NCBI GenBank assembly: GCA_022844165.1
Contig: JALHMH010000025.1
Coordinates: 1 to 64,000 of the forward strand
Direction of reading: 5' to 3'
Origin: Lysobacterales bacterium
GTDB taxonomy: Bacteria; Pseudomonadota; Gammaproteobacteria; Xanthomonadales; SZUA-5
Length of the DNA: 64,000 nucleotides
The stretch's first letter is position 1; the number at the start of each line of letters is the position of its first letter. The notes under the pieces were generated by a model. It searched no databases, was not told where the DNA came from, and saw nothing but the letters and a program-made list of their open reading frames with translations. This document shows positions 17,470 to 26,438 of the stretch, piece by piece. A program made the position numbers and the translations under genes.

Positions 17470-20061
17470 ATGAGCGGTCAGTCGACCACATTATTGGCCG
17501 AGCACCTGGAAGCGGACTTCGATGCGCTCGTCGATCTGGACGCAGCGGAGCGCAGGTGTGCGCTGGCACAAATCGCCGCTCGCGATCCGGAACGTGCGCT
17601 AGCGCTGCAGCGTTGGCTCGCGGCGATTGGCGCATCGGCGGGACTACTCGAATCCGGCAACGATGCCATGTCAACCCCGGTGCGCATCGGACCATGGCGC
17701 CTGGCGGGTCTGCTCGGCCGAGGTGGCAATGGCGAGGTGTATCTGGCGCATCGTGCGGACGGGGCATTCGATCGGCAGGCGGCGCTCAAACTGCTGCGCG
17801 CCGACCGTCATCGCGACGCGCAAATCGTCGCCGAACGGCGCCTTCTGGCGCGCCTGCAACATCCGAATATTGCGAGTCTGCTGGATGGCGGCGCAAGCGA
17901 CGATGGGCGACCGTATCTTGTGACCGAATACATCGTCGGCCAGCCGCTGGACCTTTGGTTGCGCGGCACGCAGCCCGACTTCGACCTGCACATGAGCATC
18001 TTCTCGCAACTCGCCGATGCCGTGGCGTATGCGCATGCGCACGGCGTGGTCCACGCCGATCTCAAGCCCGCCAACATACTGATCGATGCCGAAGGACGAA
18101 CCAAGCTGGTGGATTTCGGCATCGCGCACCTGCTTGGGCAAGACGGCGCCAGCACCGAATCGGCGCTCTCGCCGCTCTACGCAGCCCCGGAACAGTTCGA
18201 TGGCGGCGAACCCACGCCGCGGACCGACGTACATGCACTAGGCACGCTGTTGTACCTGCTGCTGGCAGATCAACTGCCGCAGGATGGCGCAGATCTGACG
18301 TTGGCGGAGCTGAAGACGATCCGTCAGCAAACCGATCCACTACCACCGAGCCTGCGCGCCCGGGCAATTCCGGCGCGGCGACTACGCGGCGATCTGGATG
18401 CGATCGTTTTGCGTTGCCTGGCGCGTGATCCCTCGAAGCGATACGCCACGGTGGGAGATTTGCAAGCCGAGATACGCGCCTGGCGCGAACACCGTCCGGT
18501 TGCTGCCCGGCACGGAGGGGCGAGCTACCGCTTCGGTCGCTATCTGCGTCGGCATTGGTTGCCCGGTTTGGCGGCGGCGGCTGTGTTCCTCGGCGCGGCG
18601 ATTGCCACCTGGCAAGCATGGCAAACGTTCGCTGCACAGCGCCACGCCCTGGCCGTGAGCGATGTGCTCAGTCGGCTCATTGCGGCCGGAGATCTGCGCT
18701 ATGTGCGCGACCCCGCTCGGGAGACGCGCGCCTGGCTGCGCGGTGCGGTGCAACGCATACGCAACTCGCCTGTCTCGCCGATCGTCGATACGGAAGTTCT
18801 GGTGCTGTTGACCGATGCGTTGTTGTCGCATGAGGAGTTTGCGGCGGCCAATGAAGCGCTGTCGCTGGCGGATGCGCGCGCGACCGCGGATCGCCGCGCG
18901 CCAGCCGCCGTCGATCGGGCGCGCCTGCATGCGGAACTGGCACTTGCACCGCTGGACGTCGTTCAGGCGCGAGCCGCAATCAAGCAGGCCATAGAACGCT
19001 TGGACGGAGCGCCCATGCCCGAGGCACTGGCGCTGGTCGATGCGCGGGTATTGGTTCGCGAGGGCCGTTATGACCGGGCAGCGGCGGCGTTCGATCGGCT
19101 GATTGCGGCACGCGCGGCGGCGCACGGCGCACACGACGCACGCACGCTCGCCGCACGATTGTGGCGCCTGCAAGCGCAGTACGTTGCGCATCGGTACGAG
19201 GATATCGAGCGCGACGGACCGGCACTTTTGCTCGACGTCGAAACACACCTGCCCGCCGACCATGCGCTGCTTCCGCCGCTGTTGACCACGATCGCTTTGA
19301 CCGAACGACTGCATAAGTCGCCGCAACATCCACAACTGGACATCGCCGAAAAACGGTTGCAACACGCGCTATCGATTGCCCAGGATTTGTATGGCGAAAA
19401 CAGTCTGGCGGCCATCAACGCGCGCGACGGTCTTGCTCAGGTTTCGCATGCCCGGGGCAACCTCGGCGCGTGGCTCGCCGAACAACGCAAGGTGCTGGCG
19501 GCCGAACAAGCGCTGTTCGGCGAAGCGGCACTGCGGCCGGCCTTGACCCGCTTCCAGGTTGGCATGGCGTTGGCCCTGCAGGGCGATCTGCCGTCGGGTG
19601 AAGCACAGATCGTTGCTGCAGAAAAAGCGATCGCAGCAAACAACGACTTGAGCAACCTCGCCACGGTGCGCACGCAGCACGCGATGCTCGTGATGCGCAG
19701 CGATCCCGCGCGCGGGCTCGAACTCGCAGCGCGGGCAGACGCTACGCTCAAGCGCATGGAATCAGCACCAGCGCAGTTGCAGTTCCATCTGGACATTTTC
19801 CGGATCGACGCGCTGCTGCGCCTCGGCGATGCCCCGGCGGCACAACGCCTGGTGGCTGGCGCGGAGCGGCTGGCCCGTCGCTCCGACGCCGAATCTCAGT
19901 GGCTTCTGAGTGCGCTGGTCCGCCGAGCCTGGGTTGAGTTGGCGTTGCGCGACGCAGCGGCGGCGGCTGCCACATTGGCGCGGATAGAACGCATCGCGCC
20001 GTCTGATGAGGCAGCGATCGGACGGCTGCGCGCGGCGCTGGACAAGCTGCGGCAAGAGTAG
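17470..20061 (+). CDS. Membrane Hanks-type Ser/Thr protein kinase with TPR-like C-terminal region
   Basis: GRGGNGEV, ALK, HADLKPAN, DFG, YAAPEQ, GDLDAIV; TM WLPGLAAAAVFLGAAIA. Confidence 0.92.
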   Translation: MSGQSTTLLAEHLEADFDALVDLDAAERRCALAQIAARDPERALALQRWLAAIGASAGLLESGNDAMSTPVRIGPWRLAGLLGRGGNGEVYLAHRADGAFDRQAALKLLRADRHRDAQIVAERRLLARLQHPNIASLLDGGASDDGRPYLVTEYIVGQPLDLWLRGTQPDFDLHMSIFSQLADAVAYAHAHGVVHADLKPANILIDAEGRTKLVDFGIAHLLGQDGASTESALSPLYAAPEQFDGGEPTPRTDVHALGTLLYLLLADQLPQDGADLTLAELKTIRQQTDPLPPSLRARAIPARRLRGDLDAIVLRCLARDPSKRYATVGDLQAEIRAWREHRPVAARHGGASYRFGRYLRRHWLPGLAAAAVFLGAAIATWQAWQTFAAQRHALAVSDVLSRLIAAGDLRYVRDPARETRAWLRGAVQRIRNSPVSPIVDTEVLVLLTDALLSHEEFAAANEALSLADARATADRRAPAAVDRARLHAELALAPLDVVQARAAIKQAIERLDGAPMPEALALVDARVLVREGRYDRAAAAFDRLIAARAAAHGAHDARTLAARLWRLQAQYVAHRYEDIERDGPALLLDVETHLPADHALLPPLLTTIALTERLHKSPQHPQLDIAEKRLQHALSIAQDLYGENSLAAINARDGLAQVSHARGNLGAWLAEQRKVLAAEQALFGEAALRPALTRFQVGMALALQGDLPSGEAQIVAAEKAIAANNDLSNLATVRTQHAMLVMRSDPARGLELAARADATLKRMESAPAQLQFHLDIFRIDALLRLGDAPAAQRLVAGAERLARRSDAESQWLLSALVRRAWVELALRDAAAAAATLARIERIAPSDEAAIGRLRAALDKLRQE

Positions 20062-20064
20062 CGC

Positions 20065-20952
20065 TCACACATCCTCAGCGACGACCCAGTCGATCAACTC
20101 GTTGAGCAACGGGTCGTCCGCCCACTCGGGCCGCACGAAAATGCCCGAATCGATCGGGTCGACTGGATCGAGCAGGGAAACCGTGAGCACACGGCGATCG
20201 GCCGTGACGCGCCCGGATGGCAGGAGCGGCAGCACCGCGACGCCCAGGCCCGCTTCGATCATTTGCACGATGAGCGCAGTTGTTGTCGCTTGCAGCGCCA
20301 CCTGCGGCGTCACACCGGCCCGATGAAATGCCTGCATCAGATGCTGGCGCCCTGCAGAGCCTGGCTCGAACAGGATCATCGGTTCCTCGGCCAATGCCGC
20401 CAAACTCAATTGACTCCGCGTCGCGAGCGGATGATCGATCGGCAATACCACGGACCACGGCATCGAAAACCACTGGCGATAGCGCAGCCCGGCGGGCGAC
20501 TCCAGCGGTGCGCAAAATCCGACGCCGCAGGCCGTGTCCTGATGCAGTGCCGATAGGATCTGAATCTCGGTACGGACCGAGAGTTTTAGTGCGACATCGG
20601 GATGCCGGCGGCGAAAAGCCTGCAATCGGTCGATCAAAAAATAAGTGGCCAGATAGTGGCTGCTGTAGACACGCAACTCACGTCCGGCACCCGGCGCCCG
20701 AAAGAGGTCGCGCAAGCGTCCGGCATCAGCGAGCAAGGCCTGCGCACGCGGCAACAGCCGACGCCCCTCGGGCGTCAGCAGGATTCGATCGCCATCGGCG
20801 GGCAACAACAGACTGGCACCGAGCCAGGTCTCGATCGCCTGCACATCGGCTCGCAGGCGTGGCGGCGGGCGCGATATCCGCGCTTCGGCGCCCGTCCAGG
20901 TGCCCGACTCCAGCAGCGCAACCACCGCAGACAGCTTTTCGAGATCGATCAT
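20065..20952 (-). CDS. LysR-family transcriptional regulator (divergent HTH)
   Basis: LTPEGRRLL linker, FRRRHPDVALKL, MIEAGLGVAVLP; ~295 aa. Confidence 0.85.
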   Translation of the reverse strand: MIDLEKLSAVVALLESGTWTGAEARISRPPPRLRADVQAIETWLGASLLLPADGDRILLTPEGRRLLPRAQALLADAGRLRDLFRAPGAGRELRVYSSHYLATYFLIDRLQAFRRRHPDVALKLSVRTEIQILSALHQDTACGVGFCAPLESPAGLRYRQWFSMPWSVVLPIDHPLATRSQLSLAALAEEPMILFEPGSAGRQHLMQAFHRAGVTPQVALQATTTALIVQMIEAGLGVAVLPLLPSGRVTADRRVLTVSLLDPVDPIDSGIFVRPEWADDPLLNELIDWVVAEDV

Positions 20953-20998
20953 CCGGCACGCGCAATCGTCTTCGCCACCCAGAGCATAACGGTACGCC

Positions 20999-22078
20999 TC
21001 AAGCGATGTCCGGTGTCAACATCAGCCGATAGCGCACATCGCCCGATTCGAGCATCGCGAAGGCCTCATTGATGCGGCTCATGGGCAAGCGCTCGACCTG
21101 CGGCTGGATGCCATGGCGTGCGCAGAAACTCAGCATCTGCAGCACCTCATCGGGGCGACCGAGCGGCGAACTGGACACGGTCAAGGCGCGAGGAATCAAC
21201 TCGGCAGGGACCAGAGGGATCGCCTCGCAACCCATCGCCAACAGATGCAAACGGCCTTGCGGCGCCAACATGCCCATCAGCGATGGCCAGGGCAAGTTCG
21301 CGGACGTGGCGATCAGTAACAAGTCGAGCGCGCCAACACGCCGCAAATCGTCGGCTTGAGCGCCAGACAGTACGCTGCGATGCGCACCCAGGCGCTGCGC
21401 CGCATACGCCTGATCTTCGTCGCGCACGATCGCCACCACTTCGCAGCCCCACGCGCGCAACAAGCGCACAGCGAGGTGTCCGATGCCGCCGATACCGACG
21501 ACACCGACACGATGGCTGGGATGCACGTGACGTGCGATCGGCGCGTACGCGGTGATCCCCGCACAAAACAGGGAACCGGCGCATGCCGGATCGAGCGTGC
21601 CTGGCAGCGGCAAGGCCCACGCCCAATGGCATCGCACGCGCTCTGCGAAGCCGCCATAACCATCGATCATCAGTCTTTGCAGCGCGATACAGTGCTGCAG
21701 ATCGCCGCATCGGCATGCGCTACAAACAAGGCAACTGCGGCGATACCAGCCGATGCCAACCCGTTGACCAATTTCCAGGCCATGTGCGTCCTTTCCCAAC
21801 GCGACGACCCGTCCGACGACCTCGTGCCCGGCGACCAGCGGAAACCGTTTGCGCGACCACGCGTCGCGCCACATCGCCAGGTCAGAGTGGCACACGCCAC
21901 AGGCTTCGACGGCAACCTCAACTTCGTCTCGCAGCAATGCGCCCCAGTGCAACTCTGTCAGCTCGAAGTTTGCCCCGGGCGCCGGTGCGGCATAGGCGCG
22001 CACGACCCCGGACCGCTGGCGAAGCGCCGAGGCCTCGCTCAGTGCGCCCGTCGTCTCGCCGGAGGTCGCCGCCAGCAT
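20999..22078 (-). CDS. Zinc-dependent alcohol dehydrogenase/aldehyde reductase (Ahr/CAD family), start uncertain
   Basis: CGVCHSD, GHEVVG, structural Zn C-x2-C-x2-C-x7-C, GIGGIGH. Confidence 0.88.
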   Translation of the reverse strand: MLAATSGETTGALSEASALRQRSGVVRAYAAPAPGANFELTELHWGALLRDEVEVAVEACGVCHSDLAMWRDAWSRKRFPLVAGHEVVGRVVALGKDAHGLEIGQRVGIGWYRRSCLVCSACRCGDLQHCIALQRLMIDGYGGFAERVRCHWAWALPLPGTLDPACAGSLFCAGITAYAPIARHVHPSHRVGVVGIGGIGHLAVRLLRAWGCEVVAIVRDEDQAYAAQRLGAHRSVLSGAQADDLRRVGALDLLLIATSANLPWPSLMGMLAPQGRLHLLAMGCEAIPLVPAELIPRALTVSSSPLGRPDEVLQMLSFCARHGIQPQVERLPMSRINEAFAMLESGDVRYRLMLTPDIA

Positions 22079-22365
22079 GCGGCTCAACGCCAGCTTGCAG
22101 CAGGTTGCTGCCCCAATGTCCGCCAGGCGCGGCGCCATCCGGCGCCGACACACCACCGCAGATCGTCCGCGGCGCAAAGTCCGGCGGCATCCCGCCAGCG
22201 CAGCGAGACACCAGCCCGCGCCCGCTCAATCCCGGCCCCCGGGATCCGCCCACCCGACCGTATTCCACCCATCGAGAATTCACCCGCGCCAAGGAGAAGG
22301 CGCTCGCCGATGGACATACGGAAAAGCGTGACGCATGCGTGCAGCGCATCGACGGGCGTCCTGCG

Positions 22366-22608
22366 GGTGATGTCCAGCTGCTGAAGAGTTGGTCGGATCG
22401 TTTTGGTGCAGAGCTGTACGCGCACTACGGGACGATGCTTGAATTTCCTGTCGCCCGACCACCGGCGGACCTCGCCACTGCTTTCGAGCGGGCAGTGGAG
22501 CACGCGTGTGTTGCGCCCTGTACGCTCATACTGCCCGGCATCCCACTTCGGCACGATGCCGAAGGCTTGATTGGCCACCAAACCTGGTTTCTGCACGAGC
22601 GCCCTTGA
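22366..22608 (+). pseudogene. C-terminal remnant of a DUF4253-like protein
   Basis: LKSWSDRFGAELYAHYGTMLEFPVARPP..AVEH..WFLHERP; no convincing in-frame start or RBS upstream. Confidence 0.55.
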
Positions 22609-22790
22609 GTCTGTTTGGCGAAGTGACCACGTACGAGGTTGGTCCGCGCCAAGAAAGCGATCTCAAGAGGCCGAGAAGTTCGGACTCGCTTCTGTACTGT
22701 CATTGCAGATATGCGCAATTGAACATCTGGGTCGAGACCGCAATGCCGAAAATCGGTTGTGGATGAATTGTCGCGTGGCGATCTATGTTC

Positions 22791-23660
22791 TTATTCGTAG
22801 CCGCTCGCAAACACCTGCTCGGGCGCGCGCAGGCTGCGCAGAAACGGTATCGCCTCGGCGAGTGTGGCCGATTGCTGGGCGTCTGGTGGAATGGTTGCGC
22901 TGCCTCCGCAGCTTTGTTCGCCGATGCCGCACGTCAAGCTGCCCACGCTGAACTGGCAGTGGCTCCCGCCGGCGATCTCGACAATGCGTTTGTCGGCTGT
23001 CGGGGTCGCCAGTGCTGCGAAGATCGGGTCTGCGTGTTGGGCGCGTGGCGTCACACAGTCGCGGGCGCCCAGGATCATCAGCGCCGGTGCGGAAACCGAC
23101 GGCGCGGCGGCGATGGCGGAGGGATTGGTGTTGGCCGGCGCAAGACCCAGATAGCCATCCAAACCGGCGCCGCCGAGTATCGCCGCACCGCCGCCCATCG
23201 AATGCCCGCCGATGGCGCGTACTGGACCCACGGCTTGGCGCAAGCTGTCAAGATCGCGGACGGCGCTCGCGGCAAATCGCAAATCGGCGCCGAAGCGCGC
23301 GTGGTTTGGCGAGAAACCCTCCTCGGTGCCGGGCAACACCACAACGATGCCCGCAGCGGCGAGTGCGTCGGCCAGATAACCGTAGCTGGTGTGCGCAATG
23401 GTGAATCCGTGGCCAAACGCGAATGCCGGAAAGCCGCAGCCGGTCACGGCGGCAGTATTCGATCCGTTTTGTACGGCAGGGTAGTGCACGCGCACCGGCA
23501 CGTTGCGATTGCGTTCGCTATCGACCAGGGTGGTTTGCAATGTGCCAACCGCGTGCGGACCATCGCAGGCGAGCGCGATTGCCGATCCAAAGACCAGCGG
23601 GGTCATGGCGCACAGCCTTAACCAGCGGCGCGCCAGCGATTTCGGGCGCTGCGCCAGCAT
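22791..23660 (-). CDS. Secreted alpha/beta hydrolase (chlorophyllase/dienelactone hydrolase/PETase-like)
   Basis: FGHGF oxyanion loop, GHSMGGG nucleophile elbow, RDCVTP, GSHCQF; start uncertain. Confidence 0.85.
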   Translation of the reverse strand: MLAQRPKSLARRWLRLCAMTPLVFGSAIALACDGPHAVGTLQTTLVDSERNRNVPVRVHYPAVQNGSNTAAVTGCGFPAFAFGHGFTIAHTSYGYLADALAAAGIVVVLPGTEEGFSPNHARFGADLRFAASAVRDLDSLRQAVGPVRAIGGHSMGGGAAILGGAGLDGYLGLAPANTNPSAIAAAPSVSAPALMILGARDCVTPRAQHADPIFAALATPTADKRIVEIAGGSHCQFSVGSLTCGIGEQSCGGSATIPPDAQQSATLAEAIPFLRSLRAPEQVFASGYE

Positions 23661-23739
23661 CGGCGCGTTGGCAGTTGTGGCGAGTCTGTGCATGTCGCTG
23701 ATCATAGTTGTGCCCACCCGATTCTCGCAGCGCCGGTTC

Positions 23740-24840
23740 TTACGGTTTCGCTGGTGTGGCGTCGACAGGCATACGCGGCTCGAACCAGCGGCCGAGGCGG
23801 TAGGCTGCGGGTGGGTCGATGTTGGTGAGGCTGATCAGAACCCAGCCAGACTCGGGGAAAACGCGGAAGTCGGCGTTCATGCCGTCGGCATCGCCGCCGT
23901 GGCCGTAACGGCGCAGCGGCCCTTCGCCGACGGTGATGAAACCGAAACCGTACCAGTTCCCCGACATTTGTGGTGACGTCGCCTGGGCCAGCATTTCTGG
24001 CGACAGCAGTTTGCCGGATTGCAGCGCCTGGGCGAATTTGAACAGGTCGCCCACGGTGCTGTAACCGCCGCCTGCGGCGGTGCCGCGCCAGGGCAGCGTG
24101 GCTGCGGCGTCGGTCCATTCGCCGGCCTTGAGGTAGTACCCCACCGCTCGCCTGGGCAGCTTGACCGACTCGGGCTCGGCGCCGGTGGCATGCATGCCAG
24201 CGGGTTCGAAAACTTCCTCGCGAAGGACGTCGTAAAAGTTGCGGCCGGTGACGTTTTCGATGATCGCGCCGAGCAGAACGAACCCGTAGTTCGAGTAGTC
24301 CACCTTTGTGCCGGGCGGGAACGCAGGTGCGCGCGTGCTGTGCGTTTCGAGGTAATCGGCGTGTGTGCGCAGCGCCTTGCGGTCGCCCGCATAGTCGCGT
24401 TCCAGGTTGTCGAGCCCGCCGGTGCCGCCGGTGTGCGTGAGCAGCTGGCGCAGCGTCACCTGAGTGGCGATGTCGCGATTGGGATAGCCAGGCAGATATT
24501 CGTCGACCGTGCCGTCGAGCGACAGTCTGCCGGCCTCCACCAGTTGCAGAACTGCCACGGCAGTGAACATCTTGCCCGCCGAACCGTAACGGAACTGAGT
24601 GTCGACCGTGTTGGCGGTCTGCGTCGAGCGGTCGGCCATGCCGTGCGCTTGTTGCAGCAGCACTTTGTTGTGGCGCGCCACGAGAAAAGCGCCGGAGTAC
24701 TGATCCACTTCCGCCAGGGCCTCCACGCGGATGGCCAGACCGGCGAGCGCCGCCGTTTCATCCAGCCGCTCGATGGGTTTGTCCTCGGCCATGGCCATCG
24801 GCGAGACGAAGAACAGCAGAGCCGGCAGCCATCGCGTCAT
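23740..24840 (-). CDS. Secreted serine hydrolase (beta-lactamase/AmpC-like family)
   Basis: SAGK (SxxK), LLTHTGG, YSN, GHGG; signal peptide. Confidence 0.9.
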   Translation of the reverse strand: MTRWLPALLFFVSPMAMAEDKPIERLDETAALAGLAIRVEALAEVDQYSGAFLVARHNKVLLQQAHGMADRSTQTANTVDTQFRYGSAGKMFTAVAVLQLVEAGRLSLDGTVDEYLPGYPNRDIATQVTLRQLLTHTGGTGGLDNLERDYAGDRKALRTHADYLETHSTRAPAFPPGTKVDYSNYGFVLLGAIIENVTGRNFYDVLREEVFEPAGMHATGAEPESVKLPRRAVGYYLKAGEWTDAAATLPWRGTAAGGGYSTVGDLFKFAQALQSGKLLSPEMLAQATSPQMSGNWYGFGFITVGEGPLRRYGHGGDADGMNADFRVFPESGWVLISLTNIDPPAAYRLGRWFEPRMPVDATPAKP

Positions 24841-24939
24841 GGGCAGATCCAATGCTGGAAACAGCGCCGATCCTACCGTTTGGCGCACGCTCGGGTCACG
24901 TTTCCGCCAAGCCGGCCGCGTCGCGTAGCCGTAACGAAT

Positions 24940-25698
24940 TCAAGCGGGACGCTTGCGATTGAGCCACCGCGTCGCCTGTGTCGGAAAGCCTTCGAAATAG
25001 AGGATCGACAACAGTGTGGCGATCAGCATGATCCACGCGGAGGCAGCCGCGGACGCTGCGGCCCCGTGGAGCAGTGCGGCGGGTACCAGCACCACGACCA
25101 CGCGCATGAAGGTGAGCTGCAGGCTGTTCGGCGGCGAAACCCATCCACCGCGAATGGCGACTGCGTGACGTGTGGCATCGATGAGTTCGACGAACATCAG
25201 TGCTGCGACGCTCTTGAGCAGATTCTGCTCGGTCATCAGTGCCGCGAAAAAACTGGAGAGATGGCTGGCGTCATAGATCACTACGCAAATCAGGAACGCG
25301 AACGGAGCAAGCACTGCGCCATAAATCAACCCGGCACCGGCCGCGATCAAAGGAAGCAAAAGCAGTTGTTTACCCACACCACCTTCAGCGCCCTCGAACG
25401 TTCCTTCGACGGCGGCACGCAGCGTCATGTACACCCAGGCTTCGAGGAGGAAGAGCACCACCGCAGCCGCCGGGCTCAACCCAAAGATCACCACCGACAG
25501 CAAGATGGCAACGGCACGCATGACGGCTGAGATCAGTGCCGCGCGCTGCCATCGATCTTGTGGTTGTCGCGATGGTGAGTGTTTTTGGTTTCCGCTTCCC
25601 GGGAGATGGTTGGGGTCAGACGCCAACGGGTCTGGTGCATCGATCATGGCCTCATCGCTCAAAGTGTTGTCAGCGACGATCGTGGCGGCGTTGGCCAT
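24940..25698 (-). CDS. Multi-pass membrane protein of unknown function (weak DUF6498-like resemblance)
   Basis: About six hydrophobic segments in the 3' part of ORF 24940..26352; start at 25698 or 25647. Confidence 0.65.
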   Translation of the reverse strand: MANAATIVADNTLSDEAMIDAPDPLASDPNHLPGSGNQKHSPSRQPQDRWQRAALISAVMRAVAILLSVVIFGLSPAAAVVLFLLEAWVYMTLRAAVEGTFEGAEGGVGKQLLLLPLIAAGAGLIYGAVLAPFAFLICVVIYDASHLSSFFAALMTEQNLLKSVAALMFVELIDATRHAVAIRGGWVSPPNSLQLTFMRVVVVLVPAALLHGAAASAAASAWIMLIATLLSILYFEGFPTQATRWLNRKRPA

Positions 25699-25911
25699 CG
25701 TCAATGACCCGCAAATGATGGTCGATTGTTCTGCAAAAAGACATCCGACCTGGGCCAATCGCTGCGCTTTCCAACAACGAACTTGAACCCGCATCCGGCC
25801 GTCGCATCGAACACGGTGCCGATTTTTTTGTGCTGGATGATCTCTGGCCGCAATGCTTCGCGTATGTCCTGATGACCGCCCATTCCGGCGCGGCAAATCA
25901 GGAGAATCGAC

Positions 25912-26433
25912 ATGTTTCGCGCAGTGATTGCAGCCGCACTTCTCGCCGCCACCGTCACCGCCCATGCGGAGGTGGCCAGCAACGGTGTGAAATGGAATGG
26001 CTTCCGGATGAATGGCCTCACTCTGAATGGAGTTGCGATGAACGGCCGAGCGTTCAACGGCAAGAGATTCAATGGTCTCTCCATGAACGGCAGAATGTTC
26101 AACGGTGCGCGCTTCAATACGTTTCGATTCAATGCGAGGAACTTCAACGGCATCAAGCTCAACGGCATCAAGATCAACGGCACGAAGTTTAATGGCCGGA
26201 ATTTCAACGGCATTTCGATCAACGGTGCACACTTGAACACGTTCAAGTTCAACGCTCGCAGGTTCAACGGGACCGCGCAGCACGCCGCGACGATCGGCGG
26301 CGCTTCGCAGGGCATAGCGCTGGCTCAGGTTTCGCGCGTTCCGGTGGCACACGAGGTCGAAAGCGCCTGCACCACCTCGATGCCGTGCACCGCCATCGAC
26401 GCGCGCAACATCCGCGCGCGGCTGGCGCCGTAA
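25912..26433 (+). CDS. Secreted NG-pentapeptide-repeat protein
   Basis: AGGAG RBS; signal peptide ending AHA; 20 tandem N-[G/T/A]-x-x-hydrophobic units; C-terminal C-x5-C. Confidence 0.88.
   Translation: MFRAVIAAALLAATVTAHAEVASNGVKWNGFRMNGLTLNGVAMNGRAFNGKRFNGLSMNGRMFNGARFNTFRFNARNFNGIKLNGIKINGTKFNGRNFNGISINGAHLNTFKFNARRFNGTAQHAATIGGASQGIALAQVSRVPVAHEVESACTTSMPCTAIDARNIRARLAP
25981..26280 (+). repeat. Coding tandem repeat, 20 x 15 nt
   Basis: AAC/AAT codon every 15 nt, usually followed by GGN. Confidence 0.9.
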
Positions 26434-26438
26434 GCGCC

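Noticed and set aside
23740-24840. Antibiotic-resistance beta-lactamase
   Set aside because: SxxK/YxN/HxG motifs fit the broad serine hydrolase family; resistance cannot be inferred
25981-26280. 15-nt periodic sequence as a CRISPR or non-coding array
   Set aside because: Period is a multiple of 3 inside an ORF with RBS and signal peptide; no constant repeat with unique spacers and no cas genes
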